Under the pieces are notes generated by a model. That model saw only the letters and a program-made list of their open reading frames with translations, was not told where the DNA came from and searched no databases. From a virus (lineage: Duplodnaviria > Caudoviricetes), in the IMG/VR virus record IMGVR_UViG_3300037067_026422: a stretch of DNA of 64,000 nt; one strand, given 5' to 3'. The position numbers were made by a program, and so were the translations under genes. Positions 28,232-37,465 of the stretch are shown here, piece after piece (the first letter of the stretch is position 1; every line of letters begins with the position of its first letter).

Positions 28232-30598
28232 TTAATCAAAGATCAGTGTAGAACCCTGTTCTCTGGCAAATCCTGTTCCGAGTACCTCTGAAAAAACATT
28301 TTTTATTTCTACACCAGTCTCCATCTTTTTAGCCAATCCTGTACCCCATAAATATGCCTTTTTATCTGGATCGGGAGCAACATCATAAGTAGAGACATTA
28401 ACCACTATGATATAACTATTTTTTGTTACGGTAAATGTCCCACTTATGCCAGATACGGTAAGATAAACAGTATATACCCCCGGGTGATCATAATAATGAG
28501 AAGGGTTTTGTGTGTAAGATACTTCCCCGTCACCAAAAGCCCAGAACCAGCTATTAAAAAAACCAGAAGAAATATCCTCAAACTGAACAGTCAAAAATCT
28601 ATACCCCTGCCTTGGAGTACCTATGAAATCAACATTAATATACGGATACACTACGATATATTCCACTTTTGTCTCATTGTAACTAAAAACCCCTGCGTAT
28701 ACAGTAAGAGACACGGTATAATAACCAGATTCGGTATATATATGAACAGGATTCTTCTCCGTAGAATGAGGGGACCCATCCCCGAAATCCCAATCCCAGG
28801 CAGTCACAGCTCCCTCAGTCAGATCGGTAAAGTTAACAATCAGATCAGCTATACCATATCTTGGAGTACCTATGAAATCAGCATTAATATACGGAGGAAT
28901 TATAGAAAATTCATACGCACCTATACTGGGGGGGTCTGCGTACTCAATTCCTAATATGTCGTATACTAATACCCCAGATATAAACTGCCTTCCTGAATGA
29001 TAACATGGACTTGTTCCATCTATTGATAGTGGATCGGACCCAGATCCTGCAAATTTTGGATCTTCCACTATTTCTGTAGCATCTGGTGCTATAGGTAGTT
29101 CATTTTCCAAATACTCAAAATCAACCGTCATTACATTATTTGAGTGTATGAAACCTAACACTAAGCAATTTGATAAATTTATTAAAGCGGATGGAACTAC
29201 TTGATCTGTGTTAATTGCATTATTGTAGAAATGCAATACATTTAAGGGCATTCTACTTAACGATATTGCTACCCCTTGATATGTTACACTTCTTATTGAG
29301 TTTCCCACTATTATTATATTATTATAATCTCCTACATAATTTGCATCTCTTTTGTAAATACTGCCTGCAGTTGTAGTTACAGATAGGTATATATCACCCT
29401 CTGGTGTTATTGCTATTCCCTGATACAACCTTGCCTGATTCTGTAGTGACGTGAAGGTAGTTGACCCCGCTGGTTGCCTGTATACCGATCCACCTTTTCT
29501 TACTACATACACATCTCCGTTTGAAGCTACTGCTACTCCTCTTCCTTCAGCTGGTATAGAAGCTACTTGTAAAAAACCTCCCGTTCCACCAGTTCTTTTA
29601 TATATTGCACCACCACTTGTTATTGCATATATATCACCATTTGGTGCTGCTCCTATACCTGACCAGTATCTGTCAGGTTCATTTAGCGATACAAAACCAG
29701 CCCCTGAATCACAATAAATACCTTGATTCAAATTTGGGTCATGTACAACTCCACTAACTGCGTATACATCTCCGTTAGGGGCTACTGCTACACCCTCCCA
29801 CGCTACGTCGGTTACAGAAAATATTGGTGTGAATGCACCGGCTCCTACTTTTTTGTATATAAACCCATTAAAGCTCACATCAGTACATGCATATATGGTA
29901 TTTCCATCTGGGGATACTGCTACATCCATGTACCATGTGTCCGGGGCACCTAATGACACAAAATTACCTGTCCCCCCCATTTGTATAAAAATGTCACCTT
30001 GGGGTCCTGAGGCTGCTGCATACACATTCCCTAACGCATCTGAATCCATACCTTGCCACGAAGAAGAACCGCCAGGGGACTGATTTAGGTTTAGAAACTC
30101 TCCGTATGTTCCTGTATTGCTTAGTGAGATAGCATCTTCTGTAAAACCCTCAAATGTATTTCCTACGTACGTAATATCTTGTTTTTCATATTGAACTATT
30201 GCATTTGCAGCTATCCCACCACCATTAAATCTACAATGCTCAACCGTTGCGGGCCCATATACAAATTGATTTCCATCTGCGTCAATAGTATCTGTAAATA
30301 TCCCAATATTTCTTAAAATACATCCTATAGCATCTGAATAGAAATTTCCAGTGCTTATATTTATCCTATCAATGAGTGAGTCTGTTCCAATAACAGAAGC
30401 TCCATAAACTGGGTACCCACCCCATTCATTAGGCTCTGTTACTAACCCATTTACGTACACTATGTCACCCACAGATAGTTCATAGATTCCTTCTGTGTCC
30501 AAAGCAAGGAACAACTCATAAAAAGAAGTTGCCGCAGTTATCCTTGAGTCAAAAGGGTAAGTATTAGATCCTGTTGCTTCTACATAATAAACTGCCAT
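28232..30598 (-). CDS. Adhesin-like protein: beta-helix interrupted by a beta-propeller, plus two PKD domains
   Basis: YYV...GSN N-terminus, GNTF/GNSI/YNNA beta-helix turns, six W.GVAVAPNGDVYA-type blades, EDPKF...SPCYHSG...YDILG...PPSIGAYEF, then two PKD repeats. Confidence 0.8.
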   Translation of the reverse strand: MAVYYVEATGSNTYPFDSRITAATSFYELFLALDTEGIYELSVGDIVYVNGLVTEPNEWGGYPVYGASVIGTDSLIDRINISTGNFYSDAIGCILRNIGIFTDTIDADGNQFVYGPATVEHCRFNGGGIAANAIVQYEKQDITYVGNTFEGFTEDAISLSNTGTYGEFLNLNQSPGGSSSWQGMDSDALGNVYAAASGPQGDIFIQMGGTGNFVSLGAPDTWYMDVAVSPDGNTIYACTDVSFNGFIYKKVGAGAFTPIFSVTDVAWEGVAVAPNGDVYAVSGVVHDPNLNQGIYCDSGAGFVSLNEPDRYWSGIGAAPNGDIYAITSGGAIYKRTGGTGGFLQVASIPAEGRGVAVASNGDVYVVRKGGSVYRQPAGSTTFTSLQNQARLYQGIAITPEGDIYLSVTTTAGSIYKRDANYVGDYNNIIIVGNSIRSVTYQGVAISLSRMPLNVLHFYNNAINTDQVVPSALINLSNCLVLGFIHSNNVMTVDFEYLENELPIAPDATEIVEDPKFAGSGSDPLSIDGTSPCYHSGRQFISGVLVYDILGIEYADPPSIGAYEFSIIPPYINADFIGTPRYGIADLIVNFTDLTEGAVTAWDWDFGDGSPHSTEKNPVHIYTESGYYTVSLTVYAGVFSYNETKVEYIVVYPYINVDFIGTPRQGYRFLTVQFEDISSGFFNSWFWAFGDGEVSYTQNPSHYYDHPGVYTVYLTVSGISGTFTVTKNSYIIVVNVSTYDVAPDPDKKAYLWGTGLAKKMETGVEIKNVFSEVLGTGFAREQGSTLIFD
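28644..28866. repeat. 223-nt dispersed repeat, copy 2 (PKD coding)
   Basis: 217/223 identical to 22314-22536. Confidence 0.93.
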
Positions 30599-30763
30599 TA
30601 AATTCCCTTATTCTCTGAGTTCCACTAGCCACTTGAGTAAGTCAATACAAGATCATAGGTATATGGGGTTACAGACCATACAGATTCATCTGACCACATA
30701 AGAGACAAAATTCATTATTATTACATACTACTATAATATGTAAAGAATCAAAATAATAATATG

Positions 30764-31267
30764 CTATACAGTACCAAACACAGCATCAATACCTACACTA
30801 TATGCACCATATCCAGAATAGGGATGCAAGGGTCCCTGCATCCCTGTAGCTCCAATTGAATCCCCAAAATCCCACAACATCCCAGTAAATTGACACCCAG
30901 TTGGGGCTATGCTATCTAAATCAAATTGAACCGATAAGGGTTTATCACCACTCCTCGGAATACCTGAAAAATCCAACTTTCCAAGAATAATATCCCGATT
31001 TGGTATACTCACAGAAATAAAAGACCCACCATAATTTCTTATAAAAACAAAAATCTTATGGTATCCATAAGTATTATATAGGTGAACAGGATTCGCTTTT
31101 GAACTTGTAGTACCATCCCCAAAATCCCATAAATACTCATAGGGTGTGAATTCAAGATCAATTAACCTAAAATAAACCTCCAAAGGCATTACACCCAACA
31201 ATGGAAGACTTTTGTCTACCAGCTCTCCACTAACCGGGTCTCTTTGAGATATTACAACTGATGTCAT
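30764..31267 (-). CDS. Two-PKD-domain protein
   Basis: YLWDFGDG...NPVHLY and MLWDFGD...PLHPY...GAYSV. Confidence 0.85.
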   Translation of the reverse strand: MTSVVISQRDPVSGELVDKSLPLLGVMPLEVYFRLIDLEFTPYEYLWDFGDGTTSSKANPVHLYNTYGYHKIFVFIRNYGGSFISVSIPNRDIILGKLDFSGIPRSGDKPLSVQFDLDSIAPTGCQFTGMLWDFGDSIGATGMQGPLHPYSGYGAYSVGIDAVFGTV

Positions 31268-31284
31268 TACATTTCCTTGTGTAA

Positions 31285-31941
31285 TTAAATTGATTCGAGA
31301 TACCCAGCTTGACCTCTGTTTTCAGTGTAGAAAGACTTGGTATCCTTTTCCACCGACCACACCATAAGTTCATCAATCTTCATTGAGCTATTTAATACCA
31401 CCTCTGTCTTTGACCTTGAAAAAGTCATAGGGGATGTATTTTCATAACTTATAACATCCAACTCTTTCAAATAGTGAGAAAAGCTACCCATATTCATTTT
31501 TCCAGTCATTCTGTGAAAATCAACAAATAGCCACTTATTGGGATCCCCCACTTTATCTCTTGATCTTATAATGGTGGTCTCATCCTCAAAGACTAAATAA
31601 AAGTACTGATCAAAATAAAACCTCCAGTATTCACCTGATACTACATCAAAAGACTGCGCTATGATCAACTCCGGTATGGGCCTATAGTCATCAACTATAA
31701 CATAATTTTCTTTGGTTACAGTAATCTGTTCAGTTTCAGTTTGAGCAATTAGAACAACAGTATATGTGCCAGGATAATAATAGGTATGGTTTATAATAGA
31801 CAAACCAGGCCCTTCTACTACTACTCCGTCCCCAAAGATCCATTTCCTGAAGATGATAGCGTAATCGGTAGGATCACTAAAGGTAGTCGATAAAAATCCT
31901 AATCCTGTTCGGTTTATAACACTAATGTCTGGTGCTGCCAT
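31285..31941 (-). CDS. PKD-domain protein with LamG-like C-terminus
   Basis: KWIFGDG...HTYYYPGTYTVVL; C-terminal NKWLFV...KIDELMVW. Confidence 0.75.
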   Translation of the reverse strand: MAAPDISVINRTGLGFLSTTFSDPTDYAIIFRKWIFGDGVVVEGPGLSIINHTYYYPGTYTVVLIAQTETEQITVTKENYVIVDDYRPIPELIIAQSFDVVSGEYWRFYFDQYFYLVFEDETTIIRSRDKVGDPNKWLFVDFHRMTGKMNMGSFSHYLKELDVISYENTSPMTFSRSKTEVVLNSSMKIDELMVWSVEKDTKSFYTENRGQAGYLESI

Positions 31942-31944
31942 AAT

Positions 31945-33054
31945 TTAATTTACCATTATAATTTCTGTTTTAGTATGCGCCCCTGCCGCATTAGTCGCGG
32001 TAAAGGTTACCAAATACATTCCGGTCTCCCCAAAGGTATGAGTTACTATACCAGAGGTATACACCGTACCATTTATATCCCACCGAACACTTTTCGGGTA
32101 GAACATTGAGGCATCTATGAAACGAACGGGATAACCGGTCATACCTGTATAAAATTCACATATAAAATCTGCTATTGGGGGTTGATTAACATTGATCCAG
32201 GTATTAATAGTCCCGGTCAATCCTACATATCTACTATTGGAGTAACCTGCTCTACCCCCCTTATATTGTACACTATGACAATTATCAACGATACCCTGTT
32301 CCAGTGCATATGGTGATTGCCCCTGATCTATAAACTCTATGCCCGTTTCAACAAAACTGGCTCCCATATATATAATACCAGTCACCCCTGCACCTGTAGA
32401 TCCCCATAGCAAATCTCTCTCATAAACAGAATAATCTGTCACATAAATATCATCAGTTTTAAACTTATAATACGCTTGAAGATTAAGATCATGGTATACC
32501 CCCGTACACCCCTGTAATCCTGTCATACCTTGAAGACCTACACCAGTATCTCCTTGTAGTCCTGTATACCCCATAAATCCAGGTATCCCTGTAGGACCCT
32601 GTAAACCCGTATAACCCAATAATCCTGTATATCCTACCGGGCCTTTTAATCCCTGATCACCTTTTTCATACGTATCTGTGATGGTAAATGTGGACATCTT
32701 CGAATAAAAATTTATCTTCTTTACCTCAAACCCTACCAAACTCTGCTGAATAATAAACTGCCCTATCGGAACCTCATTAGAAAGGGCATCCCCATCACAA
32801 ACATCTATATACTTCTCAGATTTTTTTATGGTATCAAAAACGAACCCACCTTTTGACACTGAATAATAAACATTCACAGCAGCAAAAAATCTTCTTTCAT
32901 CCGGAAGACTAAAAAAGGTTTGAGATTTAATTGGAATAACAACATTTGACAATGATACTATTTTATCATTATAAAAAAAGCTGCCCATAGTCACTACATA
33001 ATCTATGGATCCATCGATACTCTTACGCTCGAATATGTTATTTGTATTATCCAT
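31945..33054 (-). CDS. Collagen-like protein with C-terminal PKD domain
   Basis: GDQGLKGPVGYTGLLGYTGLQGPTG repeats; PPIADF...HTFGETGMYLVTFTATN. Confidence 0.8.
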   Translation of the reverse strand: MDNTNNIFERKSIDGSIDYVVTMGSFFYNDKIVSLSNVVIPIKSQTFFSLPDERRFFAAVNVYYSVSKGGFVFDTIKKSEKYIDVCDGDALSNEVPIGQFIIQQSLVGFEVKKINFYSKMSTFTITDTYEKGDQGLKGPVGYTGLLGYTGLQGPTGIPGFMGYTGLQGDTGVGLQGMTGLQGCTGVYHDLNLQAYYKFKTDDIYVTDYSVYERDLLWGSTGAGVTGIIYMGASFVETGIEFIDQGQSPYALEQGIVDNCHSVQYKGGRAGYSNSRYVGLTGTINTWINVNQPPIADFICEFYTGMTGYPVRFIDASMFYPKSVRWDINGTVYTSGIVTHTFGETGMYLVTFTATNAAGAHTKTEIIMVN

Positions 33055-33063
33055 GCTATTATC

Positions 33064-36000
33064 TTATTTTCTAATAAGAGGCTTATTCACCAGTTTATAC
33101 AGTGCTATGGAAGTATCAGCTTCTTCTGTATATCCTGGCAGATACTCAGTACTCGTATCATCATAGTATCCTGTTGCATTCTCTTTACGGGCCCTGTATG
33201 TTTTACTGAATAACATCAGAACTACCTCTCCTCTAAGAAAAGGAAAAGTTATATTAGATCGTACTCTCGCCAAGAATGGTATAAAAACCTTCCTCGGAGT
33301 AGATATTGTCAAATCCTCACAATGATAGATAATGTCAGAGGAACATGATACATAGAAAGGTCTCCCAAGTTTATCTCCAATATTATTTGGTTCAGACAAA
33401 ATCAAATCCTCACCCACATATTGAGATATTATAGCGGGAAGCTTTACAAAACCAGTATCTATTCTGAAATTGGCAAAATCCATGTCATCAACATTAGAGA
33501 AGAAATTATCACTGAAAACATCATTTGAATTTACCGGTATATGCTCTGCTGGAATAGCATAGGGTTCTCCAGATATGAAATCACTGGATCCCGTACCCAG
33601 ATTAGTGACATATATGAAATCAGAGCATTTTAAAACTTCTACCACCATGTCACTTGGTAAATTACCAATAGATTGATATGGAACATAGTTGTAAAATACA
33701 GATGCTACTGGTGAAGATGTCATACCCGGGAGACTACTCAATTTAACCAGAATTGGGATTATCAACTCACCAGAAGTTACCGTCTTACGCGGATCAAATG
33801 TTATAGTAATGATGGATGTCCCTAAACCTTGTACTTGGGCTATAGGAGCCATCGCATAGTAATCTAACTCATTAGCCTTATACCAGGCATATTGCTGAAA
33901 AGAATTATCACGAGTTTCACAAGACCCTATCCCCAATATAGTTCCATCCTGTAAACCGGTACTTGGGCTGTGCTCTTGTAGGTTTATGTATGCCGTTGAT
34001 CCAGCTATCTGATATGGGCGACATAGTATCCCCGTATACATCCCGGCTACAGCCCTGGAAGCTATGTTGAAATTAGCTGTAAATGATGTACGGAGGGCAT
34101 CCTGGGTCTCACCACTATCACTTGCAGTAAACCCCAAATCAGGAAATGCAGGAGTCACCGGACCTAAAGCATTTTCTAATACTATAGCTTCAAGAATAAC
34201 TTCCACAATCGATTCTGCAGGAATAGTAAAAGCCGCATCAAGGTATATCAGTACATTAGAAAGATCTGTCCCATCACGATCCCTCATAGACTCATTGCCC
34301 TGATAATCAATACCAATCTTATAAACAGACCCATTGATATTCTTTACCTGACGAGCTCCTAAAATTGAATATCCATTAAGATTTTTGGGGATCTTAATAA
34401 GACTGGTCACCACTGTAGTCTTGATATAATGGTGATATAGTACCAAAGACCCACGATACTGCTGACCCTTAAATTTACTCAAACCCCGTTTGTAATCCTG
34501 ATCACTATGCTCTTCATGCCCTACTATTTCATAGAGAGCTTCATCATCCACATTCCCCTGAATAGCTTTGGCTGAATATAACTCCACATAATCATGATAT
34601 CCCGAAACATTCTCAGTAAGCTCTTCAAGATTCTTTTTTGAAAGTCTTGAATTGATCCCATTGAAATACAAGGAGGTACCCGGGTCAGCACTATTGGAGC
34701 GGTATTTAACAGCAATTGGATTCTGGGGTACTTTACTTAAACCCGTCTTCGAGTAATCCATGTAATGTGTGGTGATTACATATTCCACTCCCTCCAGATC
34801 TCCACCCACAGGCGAAAAATTATCCTCGATATGAAATATGACACTATTCGTACCAAATCCCTCAAATGTACCATTAACGGGTTCATTTGTGAGGGTACCA
34901 TCTCTTCTTATATAAGCACTATAATAAGAAGGATCATTATGATAAAGCCCTGTATCTATGGGGCCAAAAGTTAACTCTGAAGTAGTAATCTGAATATTAG
35001 GATCAAGCACCTTCTGATCCTGAGTTATTACTGCAGCTGAAGATACCCCCCCAGTCACTAATCTGGTCATATCCGTAATACCTGTGAAGTTATCAACCAT
35101 GATCATAGAAGCCCCATACTGAAGCCCCTGCTGATTTTTATCATTCATATTAGTACTGAGAGTATTAGATAGCAGTTTCTCAAGATTTTTCTCAAAAAGA
35201 TAACTATAAGACTGTATACTTATCTGCCTTCTGATATCAATTATATCTGCCCCTATAATATGATTATAGGTCAAACCATCCGGTCTTACAGCACCAATAT
35301 CAAAGTTAGTAGAACCATTGATATTGTTGTTGACATCAAATGCCGAAGAATTTCTTCTCGTAACAAAAAACATTGGTATAGTCCAGCTATATCCGTCGTA
35401 GGTATTTCTACACCTTGCTCTCCACAAACCATAATCCCCATTTTCTTCACCCATATTAGCAAAGGTATAGCTACCAGCTTCACTGGTGCTCAAATTAGGC
35501 CCCAGACTGTAAATAAAGCTATGACCCAACCCAGCTTCAGGATAAGTGTATGGGTCAACTCCTTCCGCGATTCTTATACGATACTGTATTTGAAGTCTTT
35601 TTGAAGTCTCTACCCCTACTTGAGGATCTATAATATTGTCCGGTAAGTAATTCTCTACCCCTGACAAGACATTTCCTTCGGGATAGATACGACCAACAGT
35701 CCTCGTATTTAAGTCAGTATCCTGTACTTCTGGTGTTCCCTGATAGTATTTAATAACATATCCATCAGCACCACAATACCAACCAATATTATTATCCACA
35801 TAAAAGGCATCCATCAAATTCACACCAACACCAAGATTAATCAATTCCCACTTAGCTCCACTATTACTGCTATAAAGTGCTACCCCATAATCACCCGCTA
35901 TCCAAGCTTTATCTTCAACTGAGAAAGATATCTGTGCCGGAATCATACTTGAAAAGCTTCCATAAGAAGGTCTGAAATCCGATGGTTTACCAAAAGGCTC

Positions 36001-37464
36001 ATAATCAATAGTAGACTCAAAGACTCTAACCTTCTCACGACTGGCATCTGGAAGTGCAGCATCAGAAGCCTTATATGGACTCATAACCAAATTTATAGCA
36101 TCTTTGAGTTCCTCTGAATTTGCATATAAATCAAGATCAAGAACATTAAGGTAACTTATCCCATCCTGTACCCCAGAATACTCCAGAACCAAAGAATTAG
36201 GGTAGTTACTCGGAGAAATCTTATAAACAAGATTTTTGAAAAAATTCTTAGAACTTGGGTATACTGCTATAGTAAATTTTATGGCAAAATCTTTTTTTAT
36301 AGAAACTTTATTAAACCCTATAGTCTTATCTGGATAAATCTCAGAAATAGTCTTATATACTCCATTGTACCAGATTCGATCAGTCATCTCAGACCAGGAA
36401 AATCCACTATCAGATGTTCTGAAAATCTTTCCATTATCCGTTACCGCTATACCGTCATTAAGATTGTAGAAAGCTATCGATTTAACATTATCAGTTACTA
36501 CCACTCCCAGAGCTACATTGACAATATTATACTTCTGCCAGATATTACCCCCATCTTTGGTCATCAATAATGTGCCCTTATCCCCTGCAGCCCACCCTAC
36601 AGCCACATCATAAAAAAAGACAGAACTAATACTCTCTGTGACATTTGAGGTCTGAGTTGATACAACAAAGCTGATTCCATCTATAGACAAAAGAATAGTA
36701 CCATTATTTCCCACTACACAGATATTCTGATCCCCTATTATATACAGATCATTCAGGTTATCTGTTACCGGAGTTTCCAAACCAAACCAAGTTTCCCCAC
36801 CATCAATAGTCTTAATTATTACTCCCCCATCTCCTACAGCATACCCTATATAAAGATCAAAAAAACTAATCTTATTGAAGGTAACATTTATGGGAGTTTC
36901 AATAGATATCCAGTTAAGACCCCCATCAATGGTTTTGAGGATAGTACCACTTTCTCCTACTGCCCAACCGATGTTCTCATTATACATCTGGATACCATTC
37001 AGGGTACTCACTTTTGCGATAGGCTGAGGTTTGGCGATACTATTATCATTCTCATCCTGTGCAGATACTATAGCTCTCCATACCTCCAGAAGCACGCCAT
37101 CTACTCGGGCACCAGAACGAACAGCATCATTAAACAAAACTTTGTTTACATGCTTTAACGGAGTATTTGTATTGGTGACATAAACAGGCCACCCATTTAC
37201 CATGGCTACCTCAGGTTTTGCTCCATTCGGATCTTGAGTATAGAAACTATTCTCAAGATCACTTGAAGTATACACTGGTCTGTAACTCAACCACCCAGAT
37301 GGAAGATGTGCAGTAGATTTCTTTGTGAGTATCTCCTGAAATTCCTGAGAGGAATTAAGCTCACTATCCAATGCAGGTTTACCAGGTTGAAAAACAACCT
37401 TATCAAAAGCATATCCTAAACCCTCATAAGAGGTGGAGATATTATCACCATGGTTGATAGCCAT
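33064..37464 (-). CDS. Large virion structural protein with inserted YCF48/BNR-like beta-propeller
   Basis: Repeated GWAVG..GTILKT.DGG..W blades within a scaffold paralogous to 10950-14213. Confidence 0.8.
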   Translation of the reverse strand: MAINHGDNISTSYEGLGYAFDKVVFQPGKPALDSELNSSQEFQEILTKKSTAHLPSGWLSYRPVYTSSDLENSFYTQDPNGAKPEVAMVNGWPVYVTNTNTPLKHVNKVLFNDAVRSGARVDGVLLEVWRAIVSAQDENDNSIAKPQPIAKVSTLNGIQMYNENIGWAVGESGTILKTIDGGLNWISIETPINVTFNKISFFDLYIGYAVGDGGVIIKTIDGGETWFGLETPVTDNLNDLYIIGDQNICVVGNNGTILLSIDGISFVVSTQTSNVTESISSVFFYDVAVGWAAGDKGTLLMTKDGGNIWQKYNIVNVALGVVVTDNVKSIAFYNLNDGIAVTDNGKIFRTSDSGFSWSEMTDRIWYNGVYKTISEIYPDKTIGFNKVSIKKDFAIKFTIAVYPSSKNFFKNLVYKISPSNYPNSLVLEYSGVQDGISYLNVLDLDLYANSEELKDAINLVMSPYKASDAALPDASREKVRVFESTIDYEPFGKPSDFRPSYGSFSSMIPAQISFSVEDKAWIAGDYGVALYSSNSGAKWELINLGVGVNLMDAFYVDNNIGWYCGADGYVIKYYQGTPEVQDTDLNTRTVGRIYPEGNVLSGVENYLPDNIIDPQVGVETSKRLQIQYRIRIAEGVDPYTYPEAGLGHSFIYSLGPNLSTSEAGSYTFANMGEENGDYGLWRARCRNTYDGYSWTIPMFFVTRRNSSAFDVNNNINGSTNFDIGAVRPDGLTYNHIIGADIIDIRRQISIQSYSYLFEKNLEKLLSNTLSTNMNDKNQQGLQYGASMIMVDNFTGITDMTRLVTGGVSSAAVITQDQKVLDPNIQITTSELTFGPIDTGLYHNDPSYYSAYIRRDGTLTNEPVNGTFEGFGTNSVIFHIEDNFSPVGGDLEGVEYVITTHYMDYSKTGLSKVPQNPIAVKYRSNSADPGTSLYFNGINSRLSKKNLEELTENVSGYHDYVELYSAKAIQGNVDDEALYEIVGHEEHSDQDYKRGLSKFKGQQYRGSLVLYHHYIKTTVVTSLIKIPKNLNGYSILGARQVKNINGSVYKIGIDYQGNESMRDRDGTDLSNVLIYLDAAFTIPAESIVEVILEAIVLENALGPVTPAFPDLGFTASDSGETQDALRTSFTANFNIASRAVAGMYTGILCRPYQIAGSTAYINLQEHSPSTGLQDGTILGIGSCETRDNSFQQYAWYKANELDYYAMAPIAQVQGLGTSIITITFDPRKTVTSGELIIPILVKLSSLPGMTSSPVASVFYNYVPYQSIGNLPSDMVVEVLKCSDFIYVTNLGTGSSDFISGEPYAIPAEHIPVNSNDVFSDNFFSNVDDMDFANFRIDTGFVKLPAIISQYVGEDLILSEPNNIGDKLGRPFYVSCSSDIIYHCEDLTISTPRKVFIPFLARVRSNITFPFLRGEVVLMLFSKTYRARKENATGYYDDTSTEYLPGYTEEADTSIALYKLVNKPLIRK

Positions 37465-37465
37465 A

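Noticed and set aside
22314-28866. Diversity-generating retroelement (TR/VR pair)
   Set aside because: The six mismatches are not confined to adenines of one copy (A/G, A/G, C/T, C/T, A/C, T/C on the coding strand), both copies are coding, and no reverse transcriptase is present in the window.
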